A DNA stretch of 61,857 bases from Actinomycetes bacterium (lineage in GTDB: Bacteria; Actinomycetota; Acidimicrobiia; Acidimicrobiales; JAKAVM01). The position numbers and the translations under genes are program-made. The notes beneath the pieces are model-generated. The model saw only the letters and a list, made by a program, of their open reading frames with translations. It was not told the origin of the DNA and made no database searches. Below, in pieces: positions 1 to 11,114 of this stretch (position 1 is the stretch's first letter; every line of letters begins with the position of its first letter). The DNA lies in NCBI GenBank assembly GCA_021827485.1, contig JAKAVM010000067.1, positions 1 to 61,857 on the forward strand. The letters run 5' to 3'.

Positions 1-2
1 GC

Positions 3-956
3 AACAAAGCCATCGGCGCCATACCGACCGGCACGAGCATAACGGTAAACGGATCGAAGGTCACCCTATGTCCCACCACCGACCAGCGCGGCGACATATC
101 TCCCTCCGCAGCGCCATGCGACATCGGGGCGGTGCAGACGGGCGACACCGTTCCGCCCACCATCGCTGGCTCTCCGCCTGTCCCGAAGCCCTGTCCGACC
201 TGTAACGTGCCCATCACTCTCAATCCTACCTCCACTTCTGCTCTGGACCAACAGTTCGGCACCATCCCGTCTCAGCCGCTTGTAGGTGCACAGGAGACAC
301 CCGGCGGTGGGGTCCTAGGGGTCGACTCCCGTGGTGACGTATACACCGGCTTCGGTGCCGCTTACATGGGGGGCATTAGCCAACTCAACCCGAACTTACC
401 TCCAGGCGGTAGCAACACGGTCAACTTGGACGCTCCGGTGGTGGCATTGCTAGTCTCCGGAGGAATCCAAACAAGCAGCATCAGAGGGCACACAGGGCAT
501 TCAACCGGCAGCCTTGGCGAGACGGGTTACTACTTGGTAGCTGGTGATGGAGGGGTATTTGCCTTCGGAAACGCCCCGTTCTACGGCTCTATGGCGGGCC
601 ACCCACTGGCCAGTCCAATTGTCGGAATGGCTGGCACCCCTGGCGGCACGGGTTACTACTTGGTAGCAGCCGACGGAGGGGTGTTTGCCTTCGGAAACGC
701 CCCGTTCTACGGCTCTATGGCGGGCCACCCACTGGCCAGTCCAATTGTCGGAATGGCTGGCACCCCTGGCGGCACGGGTTACTACTTGGTAGCAGCCGAC
801 GGAGGGGTGTTTGCCTTCGGAAGTTCCCTCTTTTACGGCAGCGCCAGTGGCCAAGGTCTCTTAGGCTTCCAGAATATCGTCCCAACTTCCAACGGTGGCG
901 GCTACTACCTGCTCAATGCCAACGGTCAAGCTTACAAGTTCGGTGACGCGACATAA
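3..956 (+). CDS. Repeat-containing protein (possibly beta-propeller-like), C-terminal part. The frame is open from the window edge, so the true 5' end lies outside the window.
   Basis: Frame 3 has no stop from nt 3 to the TAA at 954-956; the track ORF from GTG 132 is only the in-window portion. It has at least four ~42-aa GYYLVAxDGGVFAFGxxxFYGS repeats. Codons are GC-rich, unlike the rest of the window. Function not recognised. Confidence 0.6.
   Translation, partial: NKAIGAIPTGTSITVNGSKVTLCPTTDQRGDISPSAAPCDIGAVQTGDTVPPTIAGSPPVPKPCPTCNVPITLNPTSTSALDQQFGTIPSQPLVGAQETPGGGVLGVDSRGDVYTGFGAAYMGGISQLNPNLPPGGSNTVNLDAPVVALLVSGGIQTSSIRGHTGHSTGSLGETGYYLVAGDGGVFAFGNAPFYGSMAGHPLASPIVGMAGTPGGTGYYLVAADGGVFAFGNAPFYGSMAGHPLASPIVGMAGTPGGTGYYLVAADGGVFAFGSSLFYGSASGQGLLGFQNIVPTSNGGGYYLLNANGQAYKFGDAT
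524..830. repeat. 126-bp tandem repeat (about 2.4 units) inside the repeat-protein CDS
   Basis: Units begin with gggttactacttggtag at 524, 650 and 776. Positions 558-696 are base-for-base identical to 684-822 (139 nt at an offset of 126). Confidence 0.95.
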
Positions 957-1130
957 CCTAATTCAATCAGTTGACCTCCTCCCAACGACTAAAGTCGTCG
1001 GCTTGGCCGCCGATTTTGGTCAAACTATTGACGTCTTGCAATCGTCACCAGATCGCGCGCCATCACGTTAGTGGTGGTGCTCTCTCTGGCGAAATTGAAC
1101 GAACTCCGGTTGCTATTTGTGATACTTCGG

Positions 1131-1204
1131 TGGGGCTAGTAAGAGTCGAACTTACGACCTCAGCATTATCAGTGCTGCGCTCTAACCAGCTGAGCTATAG
1201 CCCC
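1131..1204 (-). tRNA. tRNA-Ile (anticodon GAU)
   Basis: The reverse complement reads GGGGCTA TA GCTC AGCTGGTTA GAGC G CAGCA CTGATAA TGCTG AGGTC GTAAG TTCGACT CTTAC TAGCCCC A, a 74-nt canonical cloverleaf with GAT in the anticodon loop. The next bases are CCG, so CCA is not fully encoded. The position after gyrA and DUF3566 matches the actinobacterial ileT locus. Confidence 0.93.
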
Positions 1205-1327
1205 ATAACAGTAAATACAATAGAAAACTTTACTAGCTACTCACCAATCGAATCGAAATCTTCTTACCAACAACCCAATCCAGGGTCACTTACAACGCAC
1301 GTGCTATTGAAGGCAGATGTTCCGTCG

Positions 1328-1807
1328 CTAACTTGACCTTTCCGAGGAAGATGAGCCTAGGTCTTCAACTTCAATTAATTGAATACCACCTACAACGTCG
1401 CAGGTGATGTTGTAGAGAATCGCACACAGAACATTGACCAATGTACCTAGAATCGCCACAACCAGACCCAATAAGATCATCACCAAAAGTAGCTGCAAAC
1501 CTGCATGGGTAAAAGACTTAAACCCAAAAAGCGAATCAACAAAATGCTCGAGATGATGGGTAATCCCAAAAACCGAAGCTAATCCCCATAAAATGCCACC
1601 GGCGATCAAAGCAATAATAACTAATCCAAGGTACAAAACAAGCGAAACCTTCAAGACGCTCATTACTTCAACATGGCGAACAGTTCTACGAACCCGCCTT
1701 TGACGCACTACTCGTCCAGATACGCGCGCGCTGCCCCTAGTACCGCTGGTACCTGCATAGGGACTTCTTGAAGCTACTCCCACAGTCTTATTGAACTTTG
1801 ATCTCAA
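1328..1807 (-). CDS. DUF3566-type membrane protein (Rv0007-like)
   Basis: 159 aa with a basic N-terminus, then two or more TM helices (SVLKVSLVLYLGLVIIALIAGGILWGL ... LLLVMILLGLVVAILGTLVNVLCAILYNITCDVVGG). It holds the conserved position immediately downstream of gyrA. Confidence 0.75.
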   Translation of the reverse strand: MRSKFNKTVGVASRSPYAGTSGTRGSARVSGRVVRQRRVRRTVRHVEVMSVLKVSLVLYLGLVIIALIAGGILWGLASVFGITHHLEHFVDSLFGFKSFTHAGLQLLLVMILLGLVVAILGTLVNVLCAILYNITCDVVGGIQLIEVEDLGSSSSERSS

Positions 1808-1926
1808 TCATGAGTGACATATAGCTTGACACGAACTCCAAGCCATTCCCAACCATATCCCATATTTATATCGTTTCGAATCATTCAAAGTTTACCCTAC
1901 TTTGTATCTAATCTTTTCCAAAGCAA

Positions 1927-4443
1927 TTATTGGTCGTCAGCCCCCATGACCGGTGTCGCTGCTGCCACATTTTGGCCTGCATCTAGATTCATGACCCGTA
2001 CGCCGGTAGCGCTACGTCCCTGTGAGGCAATTTCTCGAACAGCAGTTCGTATAGTTACTCCTCCTGAGGAAATCAAGATAATCTCGTCGTTAATAGATGT
2101 CATAAACGCTGCGACTACAAAACCTCTCTTTTCGCTTAGTGTAATAGCCCGAACTCCTTGACCTCCTCGGGCCTGCACGTTGAATTGGGCGGCCTTTGTC
2201 CGCTTCCCATAACCAGAATCAGTCACTAATAATAAATCGGAATCTGTGGCAATTGCGTCACATGACACAACTTCATCTCCTGTTTTGAGCTTCATGCCTT
2301 TCACCCCACCGGTATCTCTGGCGGTAGGTCGTACCTGTGTTTCGTTGAACCTAATTGCCATTCCCCCTCGGCTCACCATAAGAAGGTCTTGCTCGCCCGA
2401 GGTCCGAATTACCCGAACTAATTCATCTTTGCCCTTCAAAGCCACTGCAATAAAGCCTTCACGTCGGGACTTATCGTACTCAGATAGTGCTGTTTTCTTA
2501 ATATGACCAAATTTGGTTGCAAATACCAAAAATTCATCTTGTGGCATCTCTCGTGTCACGATCATTGTCTGAATGACTTCCCCCGGAGCTAAGGGAATTA
2601 GATTCACTATTGCAGTACCCTTGGCATTACGATCTCGCATCGGGATCTCGTGGGCTTTGAGACGGTACACTTTACCCTTATTGGAGAAAAATAAGATCAA
2701 GGAGTGGGCTGTAGCATATGCCAGGTGAGCCACGAGGTCTTCTTCCTTGAGACGGGCTCCTTGAACTCCTCGTCCCCCTCGGCCTTGGGTACGAAAAGCG
2801 GCAGTCGCCACGGTCTTTACATAACCAGCCCGAGTCATGGTTACAACCAACTCTTCGTCTTCGATAAGATCTTCTATTGCAATATCTCCCGGATCCAGAA
2901 CTACCTTTGATCGCCGGGGCTGGGCGTAAAGTTTTCTTACCTCTCCTAATTCTTCCTTGATTACTGTATGAAGAGTGCCACGATCAGAAAGAATCGCGTC
3001 TAATTGAGCAATTGTCTCACGGAGTTTGGTCATTTCCTCTTCGAGCTCACTTCTACCAAGCCGAGTGAGTCTCCCAAGTGTTAGATCCAGAATATGATTA
3101 GCTTGGATTTCAGTAAAAGAAAATGGGACGTCCATCAGCCCTCGGCGAGCTGAGTCTCGATCATCTGAACCTCTAATTAGTTCGATCACTGCATCAAGCA
3201 CGCCTATTGCCTTGAGAAGTCCTTCTACGATATGTGCACGTGCCTTTGCCTTGGCAAGTCTGAACTCTGATCGACGTTTCACTACTTCAACTTGGTGCTC
3301 AACAAAGTAGTAAAGCATTTGAGCGAGATTTAGAGTTCGAGGTACTCCATCAACTAATGCCACCATATTTACCCCAAAGCTCGATTGCATCGGAGTGTAT
3401 TTATAAAGGTTGTTCAAAACAACATTGGCATTAGCAGTTCTTTTCAAGGTGATTACCAATCGAGTCTTTCGACCTGCTGAATCATTTTGAATTGAGCTAA
3501 TCCCTTCAAGATCTTTAGAGTCTGCCAACTCCCCAATCTTGCGCTCTATGGCTTCTACTGAAGTTTGATACGGAATCTCAGTTACAACTATCTTAGTTGA
3601 ACCGTGTCCTTCTTCGATTTCAGCAACAGCGCGCATTCTAATCGATCCTTTTCCGGTTCGATATGCATCCAGAATCCCTGATCTGCCGAGAATCAATGCT
3701 CCTGTAGGAAAATCTGGTCCCGATACAAATTTCATTAGATCGTCGGGACTAGCTTCAGGATGGTCAATTACGTAAAGGGCTGCGGTTATAATCTCATCCA
3801 TATTATGAGGAGGTATATTGGTGGCCATTCCCACGGCAATCCCCTGGGCCCCATTGACTAATAAATTTGGGAAACGCCCTGGTAAAACTACTGGCTCTTC
3901 TCTAGAACCGTCGTAGCTCGACATAAAATCAACTGTGTCTTCGTCGATACCAGCCATAAGCTGCAACGCAAGAGGGGCTAGTCTACATTCGGTGTAGCGC
4001 TGTGCGGCGGCTCCAGTATCGGGATCGGGAGATCCAAAATTTCCATGTCCATCGATAAGGGGATAGCGCAGCGAAAAATCCTGCACCATCCTTACTAAAG
4101 CATCGTAGATGGCTTGATCGCCGTGAGGGTGGAAATTACCCATAACCTCTCCGACAACTTTTGCGCACTTGGTATGAGGACGATCAGGACGTAGACCCAT
4201 GTCATACATCGCATAGAGAATTCGCCTATGGACAGGTTTGAGTCCATCTCTTACATCTGGTAATGCTCTTGAAACGATAACCGCCATTGAATATTCAAGA
4301 AAAGATCTTTCCATCTCTGCCTGAATCTCAATGGGCTCAATCCCAACTCCGAGGTCTTCTAAGTTTGGATCCAAGGAAAGTTGACCGGTAGCATTATTTG
4401 ATGGTGGTTGTCCTGAGTTGGACCTAGATTTTCGTGGAGGCAT
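1927..4443 (-). CDS. gyrA: DNA gyrase subunit A
   Basis: 838 aa. Active-site region AAAQRYTECRL, GyrA-box-like QGRGGRGVQG, and C-terminal beta-pinwheel repeats. It lies downstream of gyrB. Confidence 0.97.
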   Translation of the reverse strand: MPPRKSRSNSGQPPSNNATGQLSLDPNLEDLGVGIEPIEIQAEMERSFLEYSMAVIVSRALPDVRDGLKPVHRRILYAMYDMGLRPDRPHTKCAKVVGEVMGNFHPHGDQAIYDALVRMVQDFSLRYPLIDGHGNFGSPDPDTGAAAQRYTECRLAPLALQLMAGIDEDTVDFMSSYDGSREEPVVLPGRFPNLLVNGAQGIAVGMATNIPPHNMDEIITAALYVIDHPEASPDDLMKFVSGPDFPTGALILGRSGILDAYRTGKGSIRMRAVAEIEEGHGSTKIVVTEIPYQTSVEAIERKIGELADSKDLEGISSIQNDSAGRKTRLVITLKRTANANVVLNNLYKYTPMQSSFGVNMVALVDGVPRTLNLAQMLYYFVEHQVEVVKRRSEFRLAKAKARAHIVEGLLKAIGVLDAVIELIRGSDDRDSARRGLMDVPFSFTEIQANHILDLTLGRLTRLGRSELEEEMTKLRETIAQLDAILSDRGTLHTVIKEELGEVRKLYAQPRRSKVVLDPGDIAIEDLIEDEELVVTMTRAGYVKTVATAAFRTQGRGGRGVQGARLKEEDLVAHLAYATAHSLILFFSNKGKVYRLKAHEIPMRDRNAKGTAIVNLIPLAPGEVIQTMIVTREMPQDEFLVFATKFGHIKKTALSEYDKSRREGFIAVALKGKDELVRVIRTSGEQDLLMVSRGGMAIRFNETQVRPTARDTGGVKGMKLKTGDEVVSCDAIATDSDLLLVTDSGYGKRTKAAQFNVQARGGQGVRAITLSEKRGFVVAAFMTSINDEIILISSGGVTIRTAVREIASQGRSATGVRVMNLDAGQNVAAATPVMGADDQ

Positions 4444-4551
4444 TGCCCTTCATCTCCTTGGATAAACTAAATATATTAGATATAAGTTCAAGCAAACTCT
4501 TGTTACTTGGGTTTGGATACATTCAGATCTTGATCATCTTCCAATATTTCG

Positions 4552-6504
<1,953 letters not shown>

Positions 6505-6635
6505 TTAGCTTGGTTCAAATTCCCGAACATCTAGGTCGATGATCGCGCGACTCGGATGGGTTAAACATAGGGATGGTTGTAACTACCTCTCTTGTAAATC
6601 TTAGCTTAAATTACTGTCTAAAGTCTATCAGGAAA

Positions 6636-7046
6636 TCAGTCAAAACGTCGGTTTTTGGCTGGTTCTATGAACTCAAACTTGGTTAGATTTGCTTCACGAA
6701 TCTCTGCATTCAATCGATCAAGGATTACACTTGCGAATCGATCGACTTGTACTTGCCAATTTCGATCTCTGGCCTGAAGCTTTAGCGTTTGTTCTTTGAC
6801 TCCAAGTGGTTTGCAGTTTTGAGCGATCATTTCCCCCACCAAACTGGGCCATTTTGCAGTTATTTCTTGCACTAGACCCAGTTCATTTCCTAACCCCATA
6901 GACTGGGATAGGTCTTTGAGCGAGTCTTGAAAGGTTATCGGTTCCCGGAAGCGTTTTGTGAGAAAAACGTTGAGTCCATCAGTTACTCTTTCATCCCATC
7001 CGAAAGCACCTAAAGAAGGTTTCTCTTGTCTTGATCTGTCACTCAT
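6636..7046 (-). CDS. dciA: DUF721 protein (DciA-like, Rv0004 position)
   Basis: 136 aa between recF and gyrB, with a 4-nt overlap with recF. DUF721-like core WPSLVGEMIAQNCKPLGVKEQTLKLQARDRNWQVQVDRFASVILDRLN. Confidence 0.7.
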   Translation of the reverse strand: MSDRSRQEKPSLGAFGWDERVTDGLNVFLTKRFREPITFQDSLKDLSQSMGLGNELGLVQEITAKWPSLVGEMIAQNCKPLGVKEQTLKLQARDRNWQVQVDRFASVILDRLNAEIREANLTKFEFIEPAKNRRFD

Positions 7047-8176
7047 TGATGGATCTCTGGGGGCATAGCTAATTGAATTACGTCATAGGTGCAAATAGGC
7101 CCATTGGTAATAGCTGTGGTTGTAATTATACTTTGTTTGCTTGGCAAGGATATGAGTAAATTTTCAATTCGTTCAGGATCAAGCTCAGAAAATACATCGT
7201 CTAATAGTAGTATTGGGCTCGCCAGATTCTCTGTTTTCCTTAGTTGGGTTACTAATTTAGTGATCCCCAACTTTAGAGCCAGAACAAGACTGCGCTGCTC
7301 CCCTTGAGAGGCATGGGTGCGTGACGGTAGTCCGTTGAGCAAGATCGATAGATCGTCTCGGTGTGGTCCAATGGAACTTGTGCCCAACCTAATGTCTGTA
7401 TCTCTACTAGCAAGGAGTGCTTCGAATAAGTTGCCATCCCAGCTTCTAAGATAGTTAATTTCTATGGTGCTATTAACAGCAAGTGACTCATAGGCGTTTA
7501 TAACTTCCTCTCTAAGAATATTTACAATCTCTTCTCTGGCAAGGGCCAGCGCCTCGCCTGCACTTGCAAAGCGTTCATCCCATATATCCAGATTTATCTT
7601 ATCCTCTGCAGTTAGCTTCCCAACGAAATTCTTTAGCAATCGAGTCCGCTGTTTCAAGGCGTGTTCAAACTCGATTTTTTTGGAAATCCATCGAAAAGTT
7701 AAAGCACTCATTGCTTCATCGAGCAGAAGACGCCTGTACGCGGGACCGCCTTTAATTATTTGCAAATCGTCAGGAGTGAATACAATACATGATAATTCTC
7801 CCAAATAATCTTTGGTTTTAGTAATTAGCTGACTGTTACGATATATTTTTCTTCTAACACTACGGTCGAATCTAACTGAATACTCTGTTTCCACTTCACG
7901 CTCTGGCGTTGATCGAGAATCTTGATCGCTAGAGGTTGTTTGGTAGCGACGAAGAAATTTTGCTTTAATATTGCTTGACTGGTGTCCATGCGAAATTGTG
8001 GAATGGACGTCTTGGCTCCGAAATGATTCTAGTCTGATTAGCATTGCAATTGCTTCAATTATTGAAGTCTTCCCGGAGGCGTTTTTTCCACAAATTATCG
8101 TGGTGTCGGGCAAGACTTTGAAGCTGGCCTTTTCGAAGGACCGAAAGTTTACTAACTCTATCGATTCCAACAGCAT
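7043..8176 (-). CDS. recF: DNA replication and repair protein RecF
   Basis: 377 aa. N-terminal IELVNFRSF plus Walker A GKNASGKTS, SMC-like signature SQGEQRSLVLAL, and Walker B ILLLDDVFSELD. Confidence 0.95.
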   Translation of the reverse strand: MLLESIELVNFRSFEKASFKVLPDTTIICGKNASGKTSIIEAIAMLIRLESFRSQDVHSTISHGHQSSNIKAKFLRRYQTTSSDQDSRSTPEREVETEYSVRFDRSVRRKIYRNSQLITKTKDYLGELSCIVFTPDDLQIIKGGPAYRRLLLDEAMSALTFRWISKKIEFEHALKQRTRLLKNFVGKLTAEDKINLDIWDERFASAGEALALAREEIVNILREEVINAYESLAVNSTIEINYLRSWDGNLFEALLASRDTDIRLGTSSIGPHRDDLSILLNGLPSRTHASQGEQRSLVLALKLGITKLVTQLRKTENLASPILLLDDVFSELDPERIENLLISLPSKQSIITTTAITNGPICTYDVIQLAMPPEIHQ

Positions 8177-8201
8177 CTATTTGTAATCTACGCGAAGCTA
8201 C

Positions 8202-8259
8202 GATTGTGTAGGCCGGTTTGTAGAAATGTGCAGCTAGGATTGTATAGGCCGGTTTGTTG
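8202..8259. repeat. Two-copy direct repeat (period 36 bp) in the dnaN-recF intergenic region
   Basis: gattgtgtaggccggtttgt at 8202 and gattgtataggccggtttgt at 8238. Read on the minus (transcribed) strand, both copies are ACAAACCGGCCTAYACAATCSTAGCT, just upstream of the recF start. Confidence 0.85.
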
Positions 8260-8268
8260 CAATTTACT

Positions 8269-9375
8269 TTATGATACGCGTACGGGCATAAGAAGATATT
8301 GAAAGTTCTCGTCAGCCAACGATCTGACCGTTGCAGGTTTACTAGAGTCTATTGTTTCAATTACAAGCTCGTTGCTGTTAATGGCTTCAAGCCCTTCTGC
8401 TAAGTAGGTAGGATTGAACGCAATAACAGAATCTTCACCGGAATATTCTCCGTCTATTACTTCCTTAGCTTGTCCAATTTCTGGAGTAACGACACTTATT
8501 TCAATCTCCTTTGCGGAAAGACTAATTCGTATCGGGGTAGTATTATCTCTTATCAAAAGTTTCATTCGCTTCAAAGCGTCCAAGATATTTGTTTTGTTTA
8601 GCTGCAAGGAATTTGGATATGCGTTTGGAATTAGTTGTTCGTAGTTGGGAAACTTACCTGCTAGAAGTCGTGTTGATAAGACACTTTGGTCAATTTCAAA
8701 GCTAACCTCATTATCACCTAAAACCATGTATGCACTTTGTCCTTGAGTAGATGAAAGCAGCAACTTTTGTAACTCAGAAAGAGCTCTGGCTGGTATCAAT
8801 ACTGACTTACCTGGTTCCAAAACTTTATTTCCAGGTAGATCCTTGATCGCAAGTCGATATGAATCCGTAGCTACAATACGAAGTCCGTCTTTTTCGGATA
8901 CCATATAGACCCCCGTAAGAATCGGCTTACTTTCATCTGTTGAGGCCGCTCTAATTATTTGCGAAAATGCTTCACCGAGTTCTCTTGCTTGAACTACAAC
9001 CTTTTCGCCTTTTACTTGCGCAATGTTGGGAAATTCATCAGACGAGATTGGCCGAACATTGAACTGCGATCTGCCAGATGAAAAAATAGCATCATCATCT
9101 GATAGTTCGATGGTTACGGATCCCGGACTAAATGCTCTTACTATATCTACACTGAGTTTTCCTGGAAAAATACCTACGCCGTTACTCAACCCTGTTACAT
9201 CTAAAGTGGTTTGTATTGATACTTCCATGTCACTTGAAGCCAATAATGCGGTATCGCCTTTGATTTCTAAGCGAATACCGCTAAAAGCTGGAGGTAGTGA
9301 GCTCTTAGCATTTACAGCTCGAGCTGTAGTGTTTAGAGCTTCGAGTAACGAGTCTCGTTCGCAACGAAATTTCAA
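8269..9375 (-). CDS. dnaN: DNA polymerase III beta sliding clamp
   Basis: 368 aa. Three-domain clamp length, N-terminal MKFRCERDSLLEAL, C-terminal LLMPVRV, and a position between dnaA and recF. Confidence 0.95.
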   Translation of the reverse strand: MKFRCERDSLLEALNTTARAVNAKSSLPPAFSGIRLEIKGDTALLASSDMEVSIQTTLDVTGLSNGVGIFPGKLSVDIVRAFSPGSVTIELSDDDAIFSSGRSQFNVRPISSDEFPNIAQVKGEKVVVQARELGEAFSQIIRAASTDESKPILTGVYMVSEKDGLRIVATDSYRLAIKDLPGNKVLEPGKSVLIPARALSELQKLLLSSTQGQSAYMVLGDNEVSFEIDQSVLSTRLLAGKFPNYEQLIPNAYPNSLQLNKTNILDALKRMKLLIRDNTTPIRISLSAKEIEISVVTPEIGQAKEVIDGEYSGEDSVIAFNPTYLAEGLEAINSNELVIETIDSSKPATVRSLADENFQYLLMPVRVS

Positions 9376-9609
9376 TGGTGTTCCTACACTTCCTTCTACG
9401 TGATTTTTATATATTTAAAAATAGTTGTAATAGTAATTCTGTGGATTGTGAATAAGTCACATTGTTACTGGTAGAGAGATTCTTTATTCAACAAGGGTTC
9501 TTGACATTCAACAACATTTTGTTCAACGCTTTGTTTGTTGTGAATTCGGTTTCGACTTTTGAACACGTAGCCTACAAGCAAAGTTACATTTTTCACAGAG
9601 TTATCCACT
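9376..9609. promoter_or_regulatory. Putative oriC core: dnaA-dnaN intergenic region with an AT-rich unwinding stretch and DnaA-box-like 9-mers
   Basis: AT-rich tgatttttatatatttaaaaatagttgtaatagtaatt at 9401-9438. Box-like 9-mers are TGTGGATTG (9440-9448), TATTCAACA (9485-9493), CATTCAACA (9505-9513) and TTATCCACT (9601-9609). Actinobacterial oriC is classically located between dnaA and dnaN. Confidence 0.5.
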
Positions 9610-11088
9610 TGATTTTATTTGATGAATAAGGCTAGATACCTGGTCATAAATTTGCTTCCTTTGCGCCATCATGGCCGAAACTTTTGAGACGGCGTGGATT
9701 ACGGTAGTGTGATCTCTACCTCCAAATTCATTTCCAATTGCTGGATAACTATAGTCTGTGAGTTCTCTGCACAGATACATAGCAATTTGGCGTGCAGTTG
9801 TTAGAGGACGGCGCCGGCTGGCCGAGCACAGCTCTTCGATGCTGAATCCGAAGGTTTTGGCAGTAATGTCAAGGATGACAGCTGGAGTTACCGCGCGGCC
9901 TTGATTTGACGACACAATATCGGATAGCACTTGTTCAGCTAGGGTTCTGTCTAAAGGGGTGCCACTTAGGCTAGTAAATGCTGAGGCGCGAATAAATGCC
10001 CCCTCAAGTTCGCGAATATTGTCTGTCACATGGTTGGCAATGAACTCTAAAACCTCGTCCTTCATTGTCACCCCTTCACCAAAAGCCATTTTACGTAATA
10101 TTGCCAAGCGGGTCTCTAAATCAGGTGGTTGGATATCGGTTATAAGACCTGACAGAAAGCGACTTTTTAGTCGATTTTCTAGTGTGGCGATGGCTTTTGG
10201 GGGCCGGTCGGACGTAATAACAATTTGCTTTTGTGAGTCATTTAGGGAGTTGAAAGTATGAAAAAACTCCTCTTGAAGGGACTCTTTTCCTTCCAAAAAC
10301 TGGATGTCATCAACTAATAGTACATCACACTGTCGATAGCGGCGTTTAAAGTCACCCGTTGTGTTTCTTCTAATCGCATCCACAAATTCATTCATAAAAG
10401 TTTCTGTAGATACGTAGGTCACTTTGTAGGTCGGATAATTTTCTTTTACGTAGTTCCCTATTGCATGAAGTAAGTGAGTCTTTCCAAGACCAGCTTCCCC
10501 ATGAATAAAGAGCGGATTATAGGCTTTAGCAGGTTTTTCGGCCACAGAAAGAGAGGCGGCGTGGGCAAAGCGGTTTGAAGAACCAATAACAAATGCATCA
10601 AAAGTATATCTAGTACTATTAGAGTCAGTATCATTTCCTGCCTGCGATTGACCAGCTGGGGGGCGGACCTTAGTACCTGGAGACGAGAGAGTTTCCTTGG
10701 AGGAATTTTGATTAATTTCTTCCTCTTCAATCGCCGCTTTATCGGCAGAAAACGGCACGGACTGAGAAATTATGTCAATTAATTCCAATGAGTCAGCGAC
10801 CGGGAGGGAGCTTGCGGCACCGTTTGGAGCGAGCTTTTCTTGCGCTTGAATTTCAATACAAACCTTCGAATCTACGCCGGTAATTCCATTTACCGTTTTT
10901 TCAATTAATTTTAGAAATTTTGTCTCAATTCTGTCCTTGACCAGGACATTTGGAACAACCAAAGTAAAGGTATCTGACTCAAAAGAAACAAGACGAGCTG
11001 GTTCAATCCAAGTCTTCCAGGTTCCTTCCGGCAACTCATTTTGCAGGAGTTCAGAACACTTTGTCCACAACTGCCTTATATCATTCAT
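9601..11088 (-). CDS. dnaA: Chromosomal replication initiator DnaA
   Basis: Walker A GEAGLGKTHLLHAIGN, Walker B VLLVDDIQFL, C-terminal DNA-binding GGRDHTTVIHA. I prefer the start at the ATG of MNDIRQLW (11088) because GGAGG lies 10 nt upstream. The track ORF extends to 11136. Confidence 0.93.
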   Translation of the reverse strand: MNDIRQLWTKCSELLQNELPEGTWKTWIEPARLVSFESDTFTLVVPNVLVKDRIETKFLKLIEKTVNGITGVDSKVCIEIQAQEKLAPNGAASSLPVADSLELIDIISQSVPFSADKAAIEEEEINQNSSKETLSSPGTKVRPPAGQSQAGNDTDSNSTRYTFDAFVIGSSNRFAHAASLSVAEKPAKAYNPLFIHGEAGLGKTHLLHAIGNYVKENYPTYKVTYVSTETFMNEFVDAIRRNTTGDFKRRYRQCDVLLVDDIQFLEGKESLQEEFFHTFNSLNDSQKQIVITSDRPPKAIATLENRLKSRFLSGLITDIQPPDLETRLAILRKMAFGEGVTMKDEVLEFIANHVTDNIRELEGAFIRASAFTSLSGTPLDRTLAEQVLSDIVSSNQGRAVTPAVILDITAKTFGFSIEELCSASRRRPLTTARQIAMYLCRELTDYSYPAIGNEFGGRDHTTVIHAVSKVSAMMAQRKQIYDQVSSLIHQIKSSG

Positions 11089-11114
11089 ATGCAGTTCGCC
11101 TCCATAATCCCGGG

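Noticed and set aside
501-854. 117-aa minus-strand ORF antisense to the repeat-protein gene
   Set aside because: It lies entirely within the GC-rich 126-bp tandem repeat and simply mirrors the repeat periodicity. GC-rich DNA gives long antisense open frames by chance. The plus frame is the one open from the window edge, with a coherent repeat protein.
1060-1125. Possible second tRNA (tRNA-Ala expected after tRNA-Ile) or tRNA remnant; the minus strand ends ...AGAGAGCACCA
   Set aside because: I tried to fold it. The 17 nt preceding the putative acceptor strand do not form a T-arm (gccag has no complementary partner), and there is no D-arm or anticodon arm. The ACCA is most likely a chance match.
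971-1336. 121-aa plus-strand ORF
   Set aside because: It runs straight across the tRNA-Ile gene (1131-1204) and the 3' end of the DUF3566 gene, and it has no RBS or recognisable protein features.
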